From: Planctomycetota bacterium
Lineage (GTDB): Bacteria > Planctomycetota > UBA11346
Assembly (NCBI GenBank): GCA_038213805.1
Contig: JBBQSO010000052.1
Span: forward strand, 1-36,861
Length of the DNA: 36,861 bases
Direction: 5' to 3'
Position 1 is the first letter of the stretch, and every line of letters starts with the position of its first letter. Of this stretch, positions 28,948 through 36,861 are shown piece after piece. Under the pieces are notes generated by a model that did not search any database, was not told where the DNA came from, and saw only the letters and a list, made by a program, of their open reading frames with translations. A program made the position numbers and the translations under genes.

Positions 28948-29768
28948 CCCCACACCCCGCACAGCCCGAGCTCGTCATCGAGTTCGCGCACCTGCCGGCT
29001 GCGCCCGCGCCCAGCGCTTCGCCCCAGACGCGCCGCGGTCTCTGACAGGCTGTCGGGGCGGCCGAGCGCCCAGCCGCGTTCCAGCGCGGCGCCGTAGATC
29101 GCGCGGTTTGCCTCGCCCAGTTCGTCGCGGAAACGGTCGAGCCAGTGCTGGCTCTCGCTCTCGGGCGGCGGCGCCAGACCGGGCGGCGCCTCGTCGCTGA
29201 GGAAGCGCTGCTGGTCGGGCCCGACGCGCAGCGGCAGGGGGGCGAGCGCGACCGGTTGGACGGCGTCGCTGCTGTGGCGCCCGGTGCTTGAGGCGACCAG
29301 ATCGGGATGCGCACCCTCCACCCACAGCACCGCAGCGATCAGCGCAGCGTCGTCGGCGAGCAGGCAGGCGCGGTAGCGACCGGCCCACAGATGGCCGCGC
29401 TGGCCGTGGCGCTGGTTCCAGTCGCGCGCGAAGCGTTGCAGCAGGGTCTGCATGAAGCCGGCCAGAGAGGTGAAGCGCTGGCGCAGCCGCGCGAGCGGCA
29501 TCGCCAGGCGGCCCCCGAGCAGCGCCCAGCGCTGGCGCAGACGGTCCTCGGGCGGTGCGTCGATGGCGTGGCGCAGCACCAGGTGCACCCCGGACCCCTG
29601 CACCTGGTACGCGAAGACGCGCACCCCGAAGGCGTGCCGGAGTCGTTCCGTCAGCCCGAGCAGGCGGGCGGCTTCATCCGCGTCGAACAGCGTCTGACCG
29701 AGCGCGCAGCGGACCTGGATGTGGTAGGTGTGTGGGCTGCCGAGCAGGTCGGAGCGGGCCTGGGGCAT
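28944..29768 (-). CDS. RAYT/Y1 (IS200-like) transposase homologue with degenerate active site
   Basis: TYHIQVR, FGVRVFAY.V...VHLV, LAGFMQTL.QRFAR..N..H...GHLWAGRY align with RAYT motifs; the NHxH and YxxxNP motifs are replaced. Confidence 0.75.
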   Translation of the reverse strand: MPQARSDLLGSPHTYHIQVRCALGQTLFDADEAARLLGLTERLRHAFGVRVFAYQVQGSGVHLVLRHAIDAPPEDRLRQRWALLGGRLAMPLARLRQRFTSLAGFMQTLLQRFARDWNQRHGQRGHLWAGRYRACLLADDAALIAAVLWVEGAHPDLVASSTGRHSSDAVQPVALAPLPLRVGPDQQRFLSDEAPPGLAPPPESESQHWLDRFRDELGEANRAIYGAALERGWALGRPDSLSETAARLGRSAGRGRSRQVRELDDELGLCGVWG

Positions 29769-29909
29769 GGTTCGGGAGGCTATCCCTGAATTCGATGACA
29801 GACAAGTAATAAGAATCTTGACCAGTTCCTTGCAGAAACCTAGGGTTACAGCTGTTGTGGTGCGGCTAGTCACCCGCATCGCATCTCTAGACGCACCGCG
29901 AGAACGCTC

Positions 29910-30779
29910 ATGCCCATCCATGCCCTGGCCGTGGTCGATCCACAAGCCGAGGTCCATCCCGACGCGATCATCGGCCCGTTCTGCGTGGTGCAGGGCAAGG
30001 TCACCATCGCCGCTGGCGCCGAGCTCCGCAACCACGCCACGATCTATGGCCGGGCCTCCATCGGTCCCGGCACCATCGTGTTCCCTGGCGCCGTCATCGG
30101 TAGCGACCCGCAGGACCTCAAATTCCGCGGCGAGGACAGCGAGACCGTGATCGGCGCGAACTGCCGCATCCACGAGGTCGTCACCATCAGCAAAGGCACC
30201 GCCGGCGGCGGCATGCGCACCGTGGTCGGCGACCACTGCCTGGTCATGGCCTATGCCCACATCGCCCACGACTGCGTGGTCGGCGAGCACGTGGTGATCG
30301 GCAACAACACCCAGCTCGCCGGTCACATCAAGGTCGGGCGCAAGGCGATCATCGGCGGCATGGTCGGCCTGCACCATTTCGCTTCGATCGGCGAACTCAG
30401 CCTGATCGGATCGATGAGCGGCGTGCGTTTCGACATCCCGCCCTTCGTCATCGCCGAAGGCAACCCCGCCGAGCCGCGCAACGTCAACCAGATCGGCATG
30501 CGCCGCGACGGCCACGGCGAGGAGGCCATCCGCGCCCTGCGCGACGCCTTCCGCGCCCTCTACCACGACCGGGGCGCCACCCCCATCTCCGAGGTCCTCG
30601 GGCGCGTGCGCGGCAGCGCCCCGGCCGATCCCGCCCATCCGGTCAACCGCCTCTGCACCTGGCTGGGAGAACACCTCGAGAACAGCGTCAAGGGCCGCCT
30701 CCAGGAGGCCCACCGGCCGCCCGTGATCGGTGGCGCGCCGACCAAGGTGCGTCCGTCTGCGGTCGATGTGGCGAATTGA
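29910..30779 (+). CDS. lpxA: UDP-N-acetylglucosamine O-acyltransferase
   Basis: Hexapeptide repeats, PQDLKF, GT, MAYAHIAHDC, LAGH, PPF. Confidence 0.95.
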   Translation: MPIHALAVVDPQAEVHPDAIIGPFCVVQGKVTIAAGAELRNHATIYGRASIGPGTIVFPGAVIGSDPQDLKFRGEDSETVIGANCRIHEVVTISKGTAGGGMRTVVGDHCLVMAYAHIAHDCVVGEHVVIGNNTQLAGHIKVGRKAIIGGMVGLHHFASIGELSLIGSMSGVRFDIPPFVIAEGNPAEPRNVNQIGMRRDGHGEEAIRALRDAFRALYHDRGATPISEVLGRVRGSAPADPAHPVNRLCTWLGEHLENSVKGRLQEAHRPPVIGGAPTKVRPSAVDVAN

Positions 30780-30852
30780 GCGCCCGTCAGTCGGACTCTT
30801 GCCTTTTTCGCTCCACCCCTAGAGTCACCGCTCCATTTTTACGAGGTCAATC

Positions 30853-31026
30853 ATGAGCATCCACAGTTCCTACGTCGGTCAGGGCGGTTTCGCCAAGCAT
30901 CGCAACGTCCTCAGCCGGGCCGAGCGCATCGAGCGCCTCAAGGCCGATGACAAGTGGGCGCATGACGACAAGACCAAGAGCAGCATCTTCAACCTGCCCA
31001 AGGTCCGCAACATCAAGATGACCTGA
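30853..31026 (+). CDS. PVC-superphylum signature small basic protein (57 aa; absent from the ORF track)
   Basis: Manual translation MSIHSSYVGQGGFAKHRNVLSRAERIERLKADDKWAHDDKTKSSIFNLPKVRNIKMT; RNVLxRxERI and LPK motifs; GAGG RBS. Confidence 0.88.
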   Translation: MSIHSSYVGQGGFAKHRNVLSRAERIERLKADDKWAHDDKTKSSIFNLPKVRNIKMT

Positions 31027-31053
31027 AGCGCGTCCCGCGTCCTGGTCTCTCCC

Positions 31054-31087
31054 GCACCCCGGCCATCCAGCCGGGGTGCTGCTTTGT
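31054..31087 (+). terminator. Probable terminator hairpin after the small basic protein
   Basis: GCACCCCGGC-CATCCA-GCCGGGGTGC followed by a weak T-tract (TGCTTTGT). Confidence 0.5.
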
Positions 31088-31262
31088 GTGGCTCATGGCT
31101 GTAGCGCCAAGCTGCATTCGCCGTTCCGGATGGTTGTCCGCGGTTGTGCGGTTTTTTGGGAAATAACCGGTTTCCACCGGTATCATGCCCATCCGATGCC
31201 CGCGCCGCCCGATACCGCACCCGCGCTCCCGCACCGCCTTGCATTCAAGAGGGCGGTCATAG

Positions 31263-32375
<1,113 letters not shown>

Positions 32376-32393
32376 GCCCCGCCGGCCTGTGGA

Positions 32394-32432
32394 TGCGCAA
32401 AACCCCCGGCCCTGCCGGGGGTTTTTTGCGCA
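32394..32432 (+). terminator. Intrinsic terminator after gap
   Basis: AAAACCCCCGGC-CCT-GCCGGGGGTTTTTT. Confidence 0.9.
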
Positions 32433-32566
32433 TGGGACGCATGCAAGCGACCACTTCGGGGCGCCTGCCCGGCGTTCTCGGCGCGAGCATGGCATCCGCG
32501 CCGGAAGGCGTTAAGACCTTTGCCAGGACTCCAGAGCCCCCGGCGGCGGACGGACGAGAAACGAAC

Positions 32567-33331
32567 ATGAAGCTCATCATCTGCGACCGCAGCACCGAGC
32601 CGGGCGACCGCCTCGCCGAAACCCTGGCCGAAGCCATCGCCGCGAACCCGCGCCTCAAGCTCGGCCTGTCCGCGGGTCGCACCAGCATCCGCGCCTACGG
32701 CGAACTGGTGCGGCGTTTCCACGAGAAGGGCGGTTTCAGCTTCCGTCACATCACCGCCTTCGGCACCGACGAGTACGTCGGACTGCCGCCAGAGGACCAT
32801 CGCAGCACGCGCTACCTGATGAACTTCCACCTCTTCCGCCAGGTGGACATCCCGCGCGAGCAGACCTTCGTTCCGCTCGGCGACGCGCAGAACGTCGAGG
32901 CCGAGTGCCGGGCCTGGGACATGCTCATCGAGGCGCGCGGCGGTTTGGATTTGGTGGTGCTTGGCCTCGGCCACAACGGCCACATCGGCCTGAACGAGCC
33001 CGGTTCGTCGCCCAAGAGCCGTATGCGCGTGGTCGAGCTGACCTCATCGACGCTGGCTGCGCTCAGCGATGGCAGCCGCTTCCGCAACATCGACGAGACC
33101 CCGACCAACGCCGTCACCATGGGCCTGGCCACGATCCTTGAGGCCAAGCAGGTGCTGCTCATCGCCACCGGCCTGGGCAAGGCCGAGGCCCTCCATCGCA
33201 TGGTCGAGGGGCGCAGCGGGCCGAGCGTGCCCGCCAGCCTGCTGCTCAGCCATCCGCGGCTGAGCATCTTCGCCGACGCGGATTCGGCCTCACGCCTCGA
33301 TCCGCAGCTGGTGCAGAAGGCCATGACATGA
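32567..33331 (+). CDS. nagB: Glucosamine-6-phosphate deaminase
   Basis: DEYVGL, LGLGHNGHIGLNEPGS, TMGLATI, VPASLL. Confidence 0.85.
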   Translation: MKLIICDRSTEPGDRLAETLAEAIAANPRLKLGLSAGRTSIRAYGELVRRFHEKGGFSFRHITAFGTDEYVGLPPEDHRSTRYLMNFHLFRQVDIPREQTFVPLGDAQNVEAECRAWDMLIEARGGLDLVVLGLGHNGHIGLNEPGSSPKSRMRVVELTSSTLAALSDGSRFRNIDETPTNAVTMGLATILEAKQVLLIATGLGKAEALHRMVEGRSGPSVPASLLLSHPRLSIFADADSASRLDPQLVQKAMT

Positions 33332-35334
33332 GCAGCGCCCAGCCGCCGGCCGCGGTCAAGGCCGCCAGCCACGCAGCGGAGCCCCGTCCGGCGGCAAAGC
33401 GGCGCGAGTCGTCCGCACCGGACACCACGGTGGTGGCGGGCGCGCGGGCTGCGGAACCCGCGCCCACCCTCACCGAGCTGGCGGCGCGCATCGGCCAGGA
33501 CGCCGAGCTGGTCGACGCCGGACATCTGGTCGCCAAGCGCCCTGCCAACGTTCTCGGCCTGCTGTTGCGGGACCTCAGCCGCGAAGAGATCGCGGTGATG
33601 GAGGACCGCGGCTGCCGCGCCGACGACTGGAAGCTGATCCAGGTCGCCCAGGATTTTGACCCGTTCCGCGTGCGCCGCGTGCACCTGCACGGGCGCTGCG
33701 TGCTCGGGCGCTTCGCCGGCGAGGTCGAGGTCATGCCTGGCATCAGCCTGGCCACCGGCATCTACGACTCGACGCTGATCGCCTGCCAGGTCGGCAACGA
33801 TTGCCTGCTCGAGAACGTGCGCTTCGCCGCCAACGTCATCATCGACCGCGAGGCGGTGCTGTTCGACGTAGGCTCGATCACGTGCAGCGGTGCCGCGACC
33901 TTCGGCTGCGGCCTGGACATCGCCGTCGGCCCCGAGACCGGCGGCCGCGAGGTGCCGGTGTGGGCCGAGCTGACGGTCGAGCACGCCGCGCTGATCGCGC
34001 GCGAGCGCAGCGATACCGAAGGCCAAGCCGCGGTGCGCGCGGCGGTGGCGCGCTACGCCCAGGTGCTGACCAGCCCGGTGAGCTGGGTGCGCCGGCGCGC
34101 GCGCGTGCGCCACACCGAACGCATCCGCGACGCCTACATCGGCATCGCCGCGCTCATCGACCACGCACTTGAGCTGTCCAACGTCGCGCTGCTGTCCTCG
34201 GCCGAGGAGCCGATCCGCGTCAGCGGCGGCGCCTCGGTCGCCGATACGGTGCTGCAGGCCGGCGTCACCATCGACGGCAATGCCATTGTGCGTCGTTCGG
34301 TGATGCTTGAACACAGCGCCGCCGACGAGCACGCCACGGTCTCGGCGAGCATCATCGGCCCCAACACCACCATCGCCAAAGGCGAGGTCACGGCCAGCCT
34401 GGTCGGGCCGTTCGTCGGCTTCCACCATCAGAGCCTGCTGATCGCCGCCTTCTGGCCCGAGGGCAAGGGCAACGTCGCGTACGGCGCGATGGTCGGTTCA
34501 AACCACAACGGCCGCGCGCCCGATCAGGAGATCTGGCCGGGTGAGGGCGCCTTCTTCGGTCTGGGCGCGGCGATCCGCTTTCCCGCCGACTTCAGCGACG
34601 CGCCCTACACGGTGGTGAGCATGGGCGTCAGCACCCTGCCGCAGAAGGTGCGCTTCCCGTTCAGCCTGATCACGGTCTCGGCCGAGCCGCTCGACGAGCA
34701 CGGCATGCAGGTGCCGCGCGCCTACAACGAGCTGATCCCGTCCTGGGGCCTCTACGCCAACGCCTACGGCCTGGTGCGCACCGAGCTCAAGTTCGCGCGC
34801 CGCGACCGCGCGCGCCGCCACCTCATCGAGTACAAGGTGCTGCGCCCGGAGATCGTGCGCCTGATCAACGACGCGCGCGACCGGCTGCTGGCGATCAAGT
34901 CGATGAAGCCGGTCTACCTCGAGGACGACATCGAGGGCATCGGCAAGAACTTCGTGCGCGAAGAGGCACGCCTCAAGGCCATCGAGGTCTACGGCCGCAC
35001 CCTCAAGCGCTACTGCCTGCGCGTGCTGCTCGCCGAGCAGGAGGGCAATCTGCAGATCCCGGGATCGGGCGAGCTCGCCCACCAGCTGGCGCGCCAGCTG
35101 CTGCCCGGGATCGGCCTCAACCAGCGTCTGAAGCTGCTCATCGAGATCGAGCGCGCCAACGCGGAACTGGTCCAGGCCAGCAAGTCCCGCGACGACGAGC
35201 GCGGCGCGCGCATCATCCCCGGTTACGCCGCCGCGCACGCCGCGGCCGCCGAGGACCCGGTGGTGCTGAACGCGTGGGAGCGGGTGCGGCGGACGGAGGA
35301 GCGGGTGGCGAAGCTGGGAGTGGGATTGGGCTAG
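33328..35334 (+). CDS. DUF4954-family protein (beta-helix-like)
   Basis: RDLSREEI..GCRADDW, GEVTASLVGPFVGFHHQSLLIAA, GSNH, FPFSLI; ATGA overlap with nagB. Confidence 0.75.
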   Translation: MSSAQPPAAVKAASHAAEPRPAAKRRESSAPDTTVVAGARAAEPAPTLTELAARIGQDAELVDAGHLVAKRPANVLGLLLRDLSREEIAVMEDRGCRADDWKLIQVAQDFDPFRVRRVHLHGRCVLGRFAGEVEVMPGISLATGIYDSTLIACQVGNDCLLENVRFAANVIIDREAVLFDVGSITCSGAATFGCGLDIAVGPETGGREVPVWAELTVEHAALIARERSDTEGQAAVRAAVARYAQVLTSPVSWVRRRARVRHTERIRDAYIGIAALIDHALELSNVALLSSAEEPIRVSGGASVADTVLQAGVTIDGNAIVRRSVMLEHSAADEHATVSASIIGPNTTIAKGEVTASLVGPFVGFHHQSLLIAAFWPEGKGNVAYGAMVGSNHNGRAPDQEIWPGEGAFFGLGAAIRFPADFSDAPYTVVSMGVSTLPQKVRFPFSLITVSAEPLDEHGMQVPRAYNELIPSWGLYANAYGLVRTELKFARRDRARRHLIEYKVLRPEIVRLINDARDRLLAIKSMKPVYLEDDIEGIGKNFVREEARLKAIEVYGRTLKRYCLRVLLAEQEGNLQIPGSGELAHQLARQLLPGIGLNQRLKLLIEIERANAELVQASKSRDDERGARIIPGYAAAHAAAAEDPVVLNAWERVRRTEERVAKLGVGLG

Positions 35335-35340
35335 ACGCTC

Positions 35341-35365
35341 CGCGCCAGTGGCCCGCGGTCCCAGG
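35341..35365 (-). repeat. REP-like palindrome (same family as 4382 and 9034)
   Basis: Minus strand reads CCTGGGACCGCGGGCCACTGGCGCG. Confidence 0.7.
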
Positions 35366-35529
35366 GTGCAGCCCCCAGAGCGCGTCCGGGGTTCGTGCTG
35401 ACGACATTCGATTCCACTTGGCTGTCCCTCGCGCCTCGCGCCGCACTCCTGCCCCGCAGGGGCCTGCGCCAGCGTGCTTTGACATCCCTCAGGCCCCGGC
35501 CATCCTGCCGATTCCCCCCGGGTGACCCC

Positions 35530-36737
<1,208 letters not shown>

Positions 36738-36738
<1 letters not shown>

Positions 36739-36861
36739 TGAAGCCTGCCTCAAAGCGGAAGATCGCCCCGGTCCGGAAGTCCGGAAGTCCGGAAGTCCGG
36801 AAGTCCCGCGGTGCGACAGCCGTTTCCGATGCCAAGGCGTCCGGACGCGCCAGCGTGCCTG
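36738..36861 (+). CDS. Partial ORF coupled to trpB (TGATG); may be an extended N-terminus of trpA
   Basis: Open to the window end (MKPASKRKIAPVRKSGSPEVRKSRG...); the identity is inferred from position only. Confidence 0.35.
36771..36806. repeat. Octamer tandem repeat GTCCGGAA x4.5
   Basis: Four exact units plus GTCC. Confidence 0.9.

Noticed and set aside
28944..29768. Active IS200/IS605 element
   Set aside because: No tnpB, no recognisable terminal hairpins, catalytic residues missing, and tight coupling to queG
29769..30713. 589-aa version of the RAYT-like ORF as a fusion protein
   Set aside because: The N-terminal 315 codons are mostly antisense to lpxA; homology begins at MPQARS (29768)

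Overview
High-GC bacterial chromosomal window, most likely PVC superphylum and probably Planctomycetota. The evidence is a 57-aa PVC-signature small basic protein (missed by the ORF track), lpxA and an ECF/FecR pair. Most of it is housekeeping: larB/larE, a TatD-family hydrolase, rph, HU, pilT, xseB, an RsmC-like MTase, an RsuA-family synthase, NAD kinase, dxr, hisC, queG, lpxA, gap, nagB, DUF4954 and trpB. It also holds a run of three co-oriented phosphatases, two STAS proteins, an orphan sigma54-driven flgD, a visibly lower-GC accessory patch (about 21.5-24.4 kb) and an ECF-FecR(GH16-like)-GH53 module. The most unusual items are: (1) a full-length RAYT/Y1-transposase homologue that has lost its HUH and catalytic Tyr residues and is translationally coupled to queG, in a window that also carries dispersed REP-like palindromes; (2) intergenic arrays that keep a 7-nt period while the unit sequence changes; (3) a SpoIIE-type phosphatase with three tandem CxxC...H...C repeats; (4) an anti-sigma whose sensor looks like a catalytically dead GH16. 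No rRNA, tRNA or CRISPR array was recognised. All family calls come from motif recognition by eye, not from database searches.
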